Program-made: the position numbers and the translations under genes
Shown here: in pieces, positions 27,301 to 39,387 of the stretch
How the letters are laid out: each line of letters starts with the position of its first letter
Position numbering within the stretch: position 1 is the stretch's first letter
Source of the DNA: Geosiphon pyriformis uo1
Taxonomy: Eukaryota > Fungi > Glomeromycota
Direction of reading: 5' to 3'
Assembly (NCBI GenBank): GCA_016748015.1
Contig: JAAOMT010000617.1
Location: 690,635 to 754,634, forward strand
DNA length: 64,000 nt
The notes under the pieces: model-generated
Told to the model about the DNA's origin: nothing
Seen by the model: only the letters and a program-made list of their open reading frames with translations
Database searches by the model: none

Positions 27301-30300
27301 GCCAAACTAAGACTTGATGGTCTGTTATTACCAGGAATTTGGCACCAAAAAAATATTGGTCCCAATAGCTAGTAGTCCAGACTACTGCTAAGCATTCTTG
27401 TTCAGTTATTGAATAGTTCTTTTCTGCTGGTGTGAGAGATCTACTGGCATACACTATAGCATATTCTCTGTCATCTTCATCTTTTTGTGAGAGTACAGCA
27501 CCAAGTCTGTAACCAGATGCATTAGTGTAGAGGATAAAAAATTGGTCCAGGTCAGGTTGCTTAAGAATTGGTTCAATAACAAGTTTTTTCTTTAGGATTT
27601 TAAAGGCTTTTTGCTGGTATGTGCTCCAGTGATAATTGACATTTTTTCTGAGTAGCTGGTTGAAAAGAAAGGCAATTTTGGAGAAATCCTTGATGAATTT
27701 GCAATAGTAAGAAGCCAAACCAAAGAAAGAGCATAGTTCAGAAACATTTATTGGTTGTCTAATGGTTTGAATCTTTTCAACTTTGGCTGGGTTAGGGAAG
27801 ATTTCATCTTTTGTAATAAGATGTCCAAAGAACTGAGTGGATTAATGTCCAAAGAAAGATTTGATTGGGTTGATCTTAAGGCCAGCATTCCTTAGCAGAT
27901 CAAAAACCTTTTGCAAATGTTCAAGGTGTTCATCCCAGGTTTTTGAGTATACCATTATATCATCCAAGTAAACTAGAACAAAATTTTTCTTTTACTGATT
28001 CAAACACCTTGTCTATTAGGCATTGAAAGGTGAGAGGGGTATTTGTGAGACCAAAAGGCATAACTGTTAATTCGTAGGTACCATACTTGGTGATGAAGGC
28101 AGTTTTCTTTTTGCTTTCTGGATTCATCTCTACTTGCCAGAATCCAGCAGTTAAGTCAATAGTTGAGAAGAAAGCAGCACTATTGAATTTGTCTAGCATT
28201 GCATCAATTTTGAAGAGTGGGTACATGTCTCTTATAGTGATGGCATTTAATTAGTGGTAGTCAACACAGAAGCATAGGGTTCCACCTTTCTTGGATACCA
28301 CTACAACTGGGAAAGCCCATTCGCTCTTGGTTTCTTGTATGAATCTAAAATCTTTCATTCTGTTTATCTCTTTCTTGATAAACTCATCATTATGACAATT
28401 GGATTGATAAGGCTTCAAATGTATGAGACGAGTTTCTCTGATTGTGATGGTGTGTTGTATCACATGGGTTCATCTAGAGGTATCACCTTTTTTTGAGATA
28501 ACTGGGCTGTTTCTAGCCAATAGATTTTCAATATCTATTTTTCTTTCTTCTGAGGAAGGTTTTTTTTGTTTTACAACAAGTGATTGGATCTCAGGTGGTT
28601 CATTTTCAAAAGATTTCTGTACTTCTTTTATTTCTTCTCTGGGTATCAAACTGATTGGTTCCCAATCTTTGTAATAGATCAGGCAAGATTTGCATTCATC
28701 ACTGGGAGAATACAAAGGTTTATTGCACCAGCATCTGGCACAAAGACCATACCACCAATAACTGTATTTGGCTTTTTTGCCAGGCTTTCGGTCAAAGGTT
28801 CTTTTAAGGATATCATAATAAGACCAGCAGATCAGCTTGCCATTTACCATGATTTCTTCTTTATCTGCTTTGACATTATCTAATGGTTTGTTATTGATAG
28901 TAAAGATGGTATAGACAAGTTCAGCAGTTTCTTCTTGTTTTTTTTGTTCATCTTCTTCATTACTTTTTTCATCATCTGACTCATTTGATTGCTCTTTTTC
29001 TTGGCTTTGTTTGGGTACTGGAGGAGTTGTCCAATGGTAATACTTAACCACAATGGGTTTTTCACCACATCTGATGGTCAGTTCACAAAGTTCATAATTA
29101 AGCAAGGCTTTTGCTTTCTTGAGTCATTTATTGCCAACTATTATGGTGTATTCTTTTGCTTCAGATACTTCTATGTCAGTTTCAATACTAATGTCATTGA
29201 TTCGGACAGGAACAGCTTTGGCTATGCCCAAACCTTTCTTCTTGTTACCATGTACATTGGTCATTAGTTGTGTAGATGGTTCATCAATTTTTCTGCCAAT
29301 TACTTCTAAGACAGTGTTTGGCAATGACACTAACAGATGATCTACTGTTCAGGATTAGATCAATGAAATAACCAGCCACTTGGGTCTTACAAATAAAAGG
29401 GGTGACATTGTTGTTGTTAGCAAGTCCAGCTTAACATGGGCACTTGTTAATTTTTAGTGTTTTTTTCTTAGGAATCAAAGATTTGTGAAGGTCTTTTCTG
29501 AATTGGGGATGAGTCATTAACTGGCCAAAGGTAATGTGTACAGGAGTTTCTATGAAATTTTTGACAATGGAATAAGGACCAGATTTTTGCACTATTTCTG
29601 AAAGTTCTAACTTTGGAGGATTTTTGAAAACTTTGGCTTTTGGTGGTTTATTGTTATCAGCTATTAATGTGGAAGCTTTATTGAGATCCAATATAAAATC
29701 AACCTTGGCTTTTTTCTTTTTTCTGGTTGATTCTGAGGTGTTGATTGCCAGTTCATTTATGTTATGGTCATCATTAGTTAAGTTAAAAACAAAAAAGGGG
29801 TTTTCTTCTGGTTGGCTTGCACTCTCACCCTTTGGAGGTGCACCTATCAGTTTAAAGACTGATAAACTGTGGCTTCCACTAGAGGATCCTCTCCAAAGAA
29901 ATTGATGTTGGCATAATTAGGTCTTTGATTAGGAGCATTGTTGTTGATAGATCTGTTGTTTTGATTGTCATTATTTCTGGGAACTGGAGAGGACAATGAA
30001 GGATTGTTGCAATCTCTTGAGAAGTGTCCAGTTAATCTACAATGATAGCACACAGATGGGCTATGATTTTGCTGTTTTTGATATGGTGGTTGTTGGGACT
30101 GATGGGGTTCAAATCTGGGTCTTTGGGGTTGTTGATTTTCTCCAACTGCTTGGGCCAATGGTTCTAATAGCCAGGCAAAATTAGCTGTAAGTCTATCTAT
30201 TAACTGTTTATTTGGGTCTTGAGTTTGAACAGTAAAAGAGATAGCAGCTATTTGGAGAGCAGGAGTGAAGACTAGAAGTGTAGATCCCAAATGCATTCTT

Positions 30301-32174
30301 TGGTTATCTTCAATCCTTTGAGCTAATTCAATAGCCATATCCATTGTGAGATTGTTTTTGAGGGCCAAGAAAGGCCAGAGAGCATATGATAGATCAGTTT
30401 TCAATCCTTTTGTAAAGGAATGAATCTTTTGCTCTTCTGTCCAGTTTTTTCCAGAATCTACACGTTTGATTAGCTTTTTGATAGCTTTGGCATATTCAGT
30501 CACTACTTCTCCAGGGCCTTGGGTTCTTCTTTCCAGTTCTATGCGCCATTTGGATATTAATATTGGAGTTCTGAATTTTGTTTCAAACCGGGTAGTAAAA
30601 GAGGTGTTGTCTTTTCCAGCATTTGCTGGTGCCCATTTAATGATTCTTTGTTGAGCATTGGCATTGGTTTCTTGTGAGAACCAAGTAGCAAAAGAGCCTT
30701 GGAGGTAGCCACCAACAATTTGGAACTTGTATTCATTATCATATTGGTTTGCTGTGGCAGCTCTCTCAAAATCATCCAGCCATTCAATTGGATCTTGGGT
30801 ATCATCTCTGAATAATGGTAATAGAGTGTTGTTTTTTTGCCCTAAAGCAGTCTATATATCTTGGAAGATGATCAGAATGTTTTATTGTAGAGGGTCTTGA
30901 GCCATTGGTTTAGATGTAACTGTTTGTGTAGAGTGTTCTGATTCACTTAAAAAGAGATCAAAAACAGGAACAGTTTGATAGCTTTCTTCTTTTGTTTCAA
31001 GAGGAGTTTCAGTTGATTGATGAGCAGCAATCCAAATGTGGATTTGATGATTCAGATATTCAAAATCAGAGGGCTGTTGTTCAAAGATTGTGGAGTATAA
31101 AAGTTGATTGATGCTGTTATTTCTTTTTTCAAAGTTGTCTTCAAAATAAGCTTGATCAAAGTAATAAGTTGTATAGGCTGTGTAGGTTTCAGCTGAATGC
31201 TCATTCAGGAACCAGTTCTAAAAGTCTTGGAATTGTCTGCTGGATTGTTCTTCAATGGGAAAGGAAATCAAGCAGGAGGGCAAAGGATTGAGTTCAATAA
31301 AGTCTAGATTGTTTTTGTTGTGTGCTTCAAAGTGTTCTTCTGATTATTGTAACAGATATGAATAATCACTCATACAATAGGAAACAAAGTAAATTTTGAC
31401 AACCTTACAGGAAGCACCACTTTTATGTTATGGGTTGGAGTAATAAGCTAATAGATAGCAAGGGAGAACAGAATTGTAGAGTGATAAAAATAATCAAAGG
31501 GAATTCAACTTCAAAAAGCGAATTGAATGAGTATAGATTCAATGTGTAAGATCAGTCTTATAAAATATCTCAGTCACTATGCTTTTCAAAGTAACCAGAG
31601 AATCTGAAGGTAGAAAAATAGTCTGTACTGTCAACAAATGATCACACTTGGTATAATTCTATGCCTCATGTTGGCACTCTTAGAATTCAATATCAAGTAT
31701 CAGATGTGCTCTTTAGTTATATTTTATTCAATAATTTTCAAATATTGCAATTACACATTTCAGGAAAAGACAGGTAAACACCAACAAGTAATCTTTTATC
31801 CCAAAGATGTTTGAATACTTGAAGGTAGGGAAAGGGAAATTAGCAATAAGAGAATGATTGAGATGAAAGTTGTTATTTTATTTATTTAATTCCTTGATTT
31901 TTAACATACTTTTCTACAGCTAAAAGATTCATTGCTTATATAGCTATCAAAAGTGGTCAATGATCAGGTCAACAGTCAGGTCAATAATTAGATCAATAAT
32001 CAGGTCAATAATTAGGTCATTGATCAGGTCAATAATTAGGTCAATGATTAGGTTAACAGTCAGGTCATTGATCAGATCAATGATTACTTTCTAAAAATAG
32101 AGTGGCTAATTTATATGACATTAGTGGCTAATACATGTGATAATTAATAAGTAGTATAAGTTTCAACCATAACA
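24368..32174 (-). mobile_element. Ty3/Gypsy family-1 copy B, full length (LTRs 24368-25115 and 31426-32174)
   Basis: Paired ~750-bp LTRs with TG...CA ends, TSD ATAT, PBS complement CCTTACAGGAAGCACCA, PPT next to 25116. Gag 29847-31373 with CYHCRLTGHFSRDC; PR/RT/RH ~27161-29856; IN ~25783-27102; ORF3 25085-25741. Confidence 0.95.
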
Positions 32175-32250
32175 ATATTAACCAAAAAAAAATATTACAA
32201 TAAAAATTATTTAAGTAAATTTTGTATTTAATATAAAAAAAAATAATAAA

Positions 32251-34552
32251 TTATTATTATTATTTTTATTTATTGCTTAATAAATGCAGCCCAAAAGCTA
32301 CCTAGTACTATACATCAAACTAAGTAATCTAAACTAGATGCTAATCATGTATTTTCTACACGTGACTAGTCACTCAGACCAATCAAAAACACATTATGTT
32401 GAAGTCTTAGAAAAAAACTTATTCAAAGAAGACATTTTTTGAATAATACTAAATAAAATAACACTATTAGAAACCAACCCAACCAGTCATTCAGCTGTTT
32501 TTAAGAGATTAGTTTTGATATAAACAGGTTTATAAGTCCAAAAAGACATTAAGTTAGAAAATATATCATTATATATACTAATTAGATGTTTCAAGTTACC
32601 AGACATATCAATATCTTTCATGTAATACTTTTTTTTCAAAAAGATCATCTCTCTTCTCAGCTTATCAACAGTCTTACTAAAGAAACTTATATGCACTAAA
32701 ACCTCATTGATTTTAAGACCAAGAGCACCACTTAAAACCAAATTATCATTAATAAACTGTTCAAAAGTTGTAACCAAAAAACCAATAGACTTAACAATAG
32801 ACTTAACCAATACAGAAAGCTTAGTTAAATTAGATTTCAAAGAAAACAATTGGAACAGCACCAAAGGATTACCAACAACTGGAGAAAAGACAAAAAGTGA
32901 CAGAGATGGAAATCCAAAGGAGCTTAAAGGAGCAGAAGCTTTGGTATAAGACTTAGGATCAACAAAGCATGATATAAACATCTTGGAAAACTTGAAAAGA
33001 AGAAGTAGAAAAACTTTACAGTTTGTAGCCAGATGGTCTAGTTCTTAATACTTGAAACAATGCTGACAACCAGGAGTTTCTTACCAAATACAGCATTTCC
33101 TCAGTGTACCAATTTTGACAATAGCAGAATTCAAATCAGCTTGGGAACTAAATATAATCAAAACAAACTGAAAATAATGACCAGACTCAAAAAAATGAGA
33201 GATAAAACATGTTTAACTACCAACTTAAGAAATCATATCACTAATTTCAAAAACTGTACATTTAGAAAAAAGATTGACCAACTTGGTCTTAAACTTATTA
33301 CAAAACAAAATAGTCTTATTTTGATTCACCAGAAGAAACATTTTAACACTATTCTTGCCCACCAAGACTGATCAATGATTCAAAACAGACACAGCAGAAT
33401 CCAACTTCTCAAAATAAACTATTATATACTGCCAAATACTAGCAGGCTTCAACACAATACAAATGACACCACCAAACACACTGAGAGCTGTTTTAATATT
33501 AGTAGCAAACACACCCAAGAGCATATTACACAGTGCAACAACAGCAGAAGAGAAACCAAACTCAGAAACCACCAAAAACTTGGCAATTTTGAGGGTGGCC
33601 AAATGTATAAAGCTTGTAAGCTCAACCAAAAACACAGCTTTCAAAGACACTTGAGAAGCAAACTCCATACAAAACAGTTTCACATTGTCTTTTAATACTG
33701 ACTTTGCATCCAAAAAACCATGTACTGACTAAAAAACAGCCTTAACATAAGCCAATTTGATCTTAAAAGTAGCACCAGGCACCAGAGCGGAGGCCATTTA
33801 CTCAGCAAATCTTTGACAACTAGTAATAGTTTTCTAAACACCACTAGTAACAGTACCAGAAACCAGAGAAGAAGATAATTCAGTTTCTATTTGGTCAGTT
33901 CAGTTCTTAAAAACAGGTGACATCACAGAAGATGGTTGCTTTGCTTCCAAAACTGGCAATGATCTGTCAGAAGACACCACATTTGGCAATATGATCAGTG
34001 GTTGATCTTGGCTCATCTTGAATGATGTGCTGGATAATACAACAGAGATTTTATTTGAGATCTCATTTAAGATCTCATTTAAAACCACAAAGAGATTTGG
34101 TGTAACAATAGCAGAGACAAGTAACTGCCTTTACTTTTCTGAATTTTTGGTCTTTTTAACCATTTTCTTTTAAGAGAAGGTGCTAAAAGCACCAAACATT
34201 GAAGCTATGGAGAGGAATACTAGTTTGTTAACTGGTCTATTATTAAACACTTTTGGGCTCTTAGTAGAAGTGGAGGCAACACTAGGACTAATCCAAATGT
34301 GTCTTTTTAAGAAAACTTTAACTGGTAAAAAACCAGCCAAAGAAGAAGAAGTTAATTCAGTAGTTACCAAAGGCAGTTTTTTATAATTACTAGATAAAAA
34401 AAAGGCTTCTAAAACGTTTTGCCTAGTTGTTTCTACAACAGAAAGAGCTCCTTTGGTTGAAATTTTATTAGATATCTCAAAAAAAATATTAGGTACAGCT
34501 TTTTTACTCTTTGCTTTGATCATGGTCATAAAATTAAGAAGACAAAGAGTTT
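32251..34552 (-). mobile_element. Non-autonomous ORF1-only LINE-related element (HAL1-like)
   Basis: One decayed ORF1-like ORF with no endonuclease or RT. Its 3' UTR is homologous to the LINE 3' UTR at 44542-44660 and its 5' ~43 bp resemble 34877-34919. TAA/A-rich tail. Confidence 0.75.
32394..34529 (-). pseudogene. LINE ORF1-like nucleic-acid-binding protein (~710 codons; RRM-like region plus Cys/His knuckle), stop-interrupted
   Basis: Segment LGVFATNIKTALSVFGGVICIVLKPASIWQYIIVYFEKLDSAVSVLNH*SVLVGKNSV aligns with LINE ORF1 IPIDLPKLAVESAFSKFGKIISIKIQLIGLWQKTLVEFE...SVFMGKDSV. Knuckle remnant near 33020-33065. Confidence 0.7.
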
Positions 34553-35005
34553 ATATTAATTATCTTATTATTTTTTTATATATATTAAAGAAATTTAATT
34601 ATTAATAAATATGTTAAAAGATAAAATTTTTATATATAATTATTAATTGCTAATTTTTTAATATTATAATGTTTATTTACTATCAAAAATAATAATATAA
34701 CATACATAATTTGTGTTAAAAAATTAGTTTTTAAAAAATAATACAAAAAATTTTTGGGTTTTTTTAAGTTTTTTAAATTGGTTTTATTTAAAGTTATTGT
34801 TTTTGTTTGAAATTTAATTAATAATTACAAAAAATATATATAAATATTCAACAAAAAAATAAGTAAAAATAGTAAAAAATCTTTTTCTTGTCAATTCTCT
34901 GACCACAATAAGAGCAAAATTTTATTAAAGTTTTAATTGGCCTTTTTTTCTTTCTTTTTTGTTTTTTTTTTAATTATTTCTTTCAATTTTTTTCTTTTTA
35001 TTGCT

Positions 35006-36854
35006 ATAAATTTAGTAAATGTTTCTGCTGGTGGTTCTGGTATTAATTTGGCTGGCTTGGAAATTTGGTTTAGTGGTAAGAAAAAAACTTATGTAAATAG
35101 TATGCACTTTTATAGTCTATTATTTAAGAAGCCAAAAAAGCCTGTAGCTAGTAATGTGATTAATTTGTCTGCTGGTCTTTTGAGCATAAAAAATATTGAT
35201 AAGGCTAGTGTTGAGCCTATGATGTCCTAGGGAAGTAAAGTTGGCAGCATTTCTAGCAGTGTAAGTGGTCTCTCAAATGTTGAAAATATGGTAAACACAG
35301 TTGTCGAAAAAACCAGTTATGCAGAATCTGGTAAGAACAATAATATGAATGAAGCAATGCCAAAAAAAACTTACATGTGGATGTATATGTTAAATAACCC
35401 ACCGAAGCAATCTTTATTCAACCATATGAGTAGCAATAATATTGTGCTGGAACTTCCTTCCCATGTGGTAGTTGGACCCAATCAGTTGCTGCCACTTGAG
35501 TTATGTGTCTTAAGAAAACAAAGCTTCAATTTGACAAAATTTTTCACACTTGATATTGAGATTTTGGCAGTATTTGGAAAGACTATTATTGACAAATTGA
35601 TGACTGTAAAAAAAATTTTTTATCAGTGAGAAAATTCTGGTTAATAATAATTTCAGAAAGGTTTTAGATCGGAAAGTAATTGTTAAGGAGATTCCAATAG
35701 ATCTTCCAAAATTGGCTGTAGAGTCTGCTTTTTCTAAATTTGGTAAGATTATTTCAATTAAAATACAGTTAATTGGTTTATGGCAAAAGACCCTTGTGGA
35801 ATTTGAATTATTTGATATTGTTGAATTGGTTGCTGCTGAATAGTCTGTTTTTATGGGTAAAGATTCAGTTTAGATGATCAAAACTGTTAATAATAAACAG
35901 ATATAAGTATCTAAAGATTATCATAAGACTTTGCTCTATACTTTGCCAATTGGTACAACTGCACATAATTTGTCTGAGCTGTTAATGTTTTATGGTAGGA
36001 AAACTTGTACTATTGGCCATAATCTGGTTATATATGTTCATAATAGATCTGCTGTTGTTTGTTTTGATACTGAAAAATTGAAGAATGTTGCTATTGACTT
36101 CTTGCCAGTTTTCAAGGGTGTAAATTTGCACTGGGCTGGTCTTTCTTTGGCTTGTTGTGCCAAGTGTAAACAATTTGGTCATATTTCTAATGTGTGTTTA
36201 GTTGGTGAGAATTCTGGAGTTTGTGGTAGGTGAGTGGTAACCTCTCATGATTAAGTCCATTTGGCCAACATTTATAAAAAAAAGCAGATGCCTATTGTTT
36301 ACCCAGTTTTTTTTGGTGGCAAAACTTGGGCCCAAGTTGTCAGTGGTTCTTTCTCTCATATGATTCTTACATTTTCTTCTGATACTAGTTCTTTTCTTGG
36401 TGCTGAATTGTCTTCTGGTGCTATGTCTTCTTCATTTATTTCTGCTCCTCTTGGTGTCTCTGGTTTGTATAATTATCTAACATCTTTGAAACACTCTTTG
36501 GAACTTTTAGCCGATCAAGTTTCTGGTGTTTTAAGAAAATTGAGTTTTGTGGAATTGGTGTCTCTGCCACTTGTTTCTTAAGAGCCTTCTTTGGCTGTTT
36601 CTGCATCTTTGATTTTGAGTTCAAATTTTGATATGACTTTGGATAGTGTGTTGATGTCTTCTGTTTTCTCTTTCTCTGTTGTTGATGGTAATGTATCCAG
36701 TTTTGGTTCAAGTAGCTCCAAGATTCTAACCACTAAGGTGGGTAGCTTAGAGTCAAAAATGGTGTCTTTAAAAGCTTTAATCAGTTCAGTGCTGGCTTGT
36801 TTGGATTGTTTGTGCTCTGGTTCAGATTTTTCATTGCCTCTTTTATCTTAATGA
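35006..36854 (+). pseudogene. LINE ORF1 (RRM-like region plus CCHC knuckle), decayed
   Basis: ORF fragments 34937-36851. Start inferred at an ATG>ATA mutated codon. Stop overlaps the ORF2 ATG. Confidence 0.75.
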
Positions 36855-39387
36855 GTGGTTTGGTATGGAAATTTGCAACATGTAATGTTAAAGGTATCAA
36901 TGTTCCTGTAAAGCAAATGAACATTGTTTGTTGGCATGTGAATTTTAAGTGTATGGTGTCTTTTGTTATGGAAACTAAATTGTGGTCTAATTTCAAGCCT
37001 TGGATTGCTAATAAGTTTGAGAATATACATGTTTTCACATCTGGTTTGGATAAAGAGTTTTTTGGTGCTGGGGTGGCTGTAATTATAAACAATTTTCTGG
37101 CTCGTTATGTGTTTAAAGTAGAAGAGATCTTTGGTCAAGTTATTTTGGTGTGGCTTTTATTCAAAGGCAAGCTTTCAGTTATAATTCTGAGGTTATATGC
37201 TGGTATTTCTCCTAAAACCAGATTTAGTTAGGCTTTAACTGTGAACTTTCTTATTGTGAAAACTGTTAACTCCAGCACTTTTGTGGTTTTGAATAGAGAT
37301 TTTAATAAGAATGGGTCTGGAAGGAGTGTAAGTTTTAAGTTCTGTTTGGATTTGAGTTTGGTTAATTCATTTACTAACTATTATTTAATAAAAACTTCTA
37401 CATGGTGTAATTTTAGAGGAGTTGAAAAGACTATTAATTATATTTTTGTTAATAGAAATTTATCATCTGCTGTTACTGGTCATTAGATCTGCTCTGTTTC
37501 CAGTTTTTTTGATATTGATCACAATGCTGTCTTGGTTTCAATTGGCTTAGATGGGCTTTTGGATGTTTGTTTGAATAGCTTGCGCAAACAGGCTAATAAA
37601 AATCATTGGAAGTTCAAAATTAAAGATGCAAATAATGACAAGTAGATGAAATTTAAAGAATGCTCTTCTGCCAAACTCTCGGTAGTAAGGAATAAATTCT
37701 CTAGTGCCAAAATTTGGGGTAATGTAGATACTATGTGGACAGTTTTGAAAAAAGTAATAGTTAGTATTATTAATAATATTTTTGCAAGACATTGGTTCAA
37801 TGAATTTTAGTGTTTGAAAAACAGATATTTATCTAAGTTTTTCAGATTGGAACTGTTAGTGGCTAAGATAGTTAAGTGTTTGAGCTTGAATAATGTCTTT
37901 GGTTTCAATTGTCTAGTTGGAAAATGGTTGTTTCTGGATGCTGACAAAGCTTTTGTGGTAACAAAGATGGTTCAGAATAGTGTGAAATTGATGAACATTC
38001 TCAAACATTTGTCTTTGGTTAGGAAGAAATATTGAAAATCTAAAATGTTTGAATCTAAATTGGTTGAGAAGACTTCTATTAAAAAGATAATAGAGAAGCA
38101 TATAAAGAAATTTTGCTCTGATAAAGGTGGCATGATTAAGTGTGTGTTAGATCAGCCCTTTTACAAGATGGTTCTGAATCACTTAGTGGTAGGTAATAAG
38201 CTGGTTTTAGAACTGAAAGAAGTAAAGCTCAGTATTGATAAGATTATGGAGGATTGGATGAAGAAGCAGAGTGTGTCCTTAGTGGTGCCTAATCTCTGGA
38301 TCTACCAATATGCACTATTAGATTATGTGAAGAACAAGACTTTTTTTGGTGTGATGTGTGTAATCAATATGAGTAAGTTGCTCATGGTTGTTAATAGTCT
38401 GCCTGATGGCAAAGCTGCTGGCTTGTCTGGCATTTCTAATAAACTGTGGAAGCATGATAGTAGGAATTTGTTGAGATGTTTTTTGGAGCTGTTGAATACA
38501 TGCTTGGTGATTGGAGGTGTTCCAGTTTTGTGAAAAAGAGCATGGGTTTCGATGATTTCTAAATCTTATGACTGAGAAGGGGTTTTTACAAATACTTAAC
38601 TTATTGTGCTAATTGAAACTACCAGGAAAATTCTTTCCAAGATTATTTCTAATAAAATTTTATTTGCATGCAGCAAGTTTGGTGTTCTTCATAGTAATAA
38701 TTTTTTGGTTTTGAAAAGTATGGCTACTTATTCCCTTATATTTGCAGTTGGTTTAGTAGTTGAGGACATGCTGAAGAAGGGTCAGAAATTTTGGTTAGTT
38801 TTACAGGATATGCACAAAGCATATGACTTGGTTGGTTGGCATCATTTAAAGACTAGCTTAAAGCAAATCAAAATGTGTGATAGGTTTATTAAATTTTTTA
38901 GTAGTATACATGATGATAGAATCAATAGAGTTATGACTAATTTTGGTTTTTTAGAGGGCTATAGAGTGCACAATAGTTTGGATCAGAGTGAAGTTTTCTC
39001 CCTCTTCTTGTAAAGAATCTTTTATAATCCACTCTTGTATAAGGTCAAGTGATATGAACATTTGTGTAGTTATTAAATTAACACTAAATTTGTAGAGAAG
39101 ACTGGCAAAATTAAGAATAGTAATGGTTTGTCTTTATTTTTTGTGGCTGGTGCATTTGTGGATGATACGATTTGGGTTAGTAATTGTCAGACTTTAACAC
39201 AATATGCTCTGAATATTGCCAGTAAGTTTTTCTCAATCAACAATATTTCTATTAATAATGATAAAACAGTAGCTATTCCAATTAACCAGAGTGTTAAGAT
39301 TGCTGCTTTAAGTATCAATGGTTAGCCTATCTCAATAGCCAAGAAAGATGAAACACACAAATATCTGAAAATTTTCTTGTTGACCGA

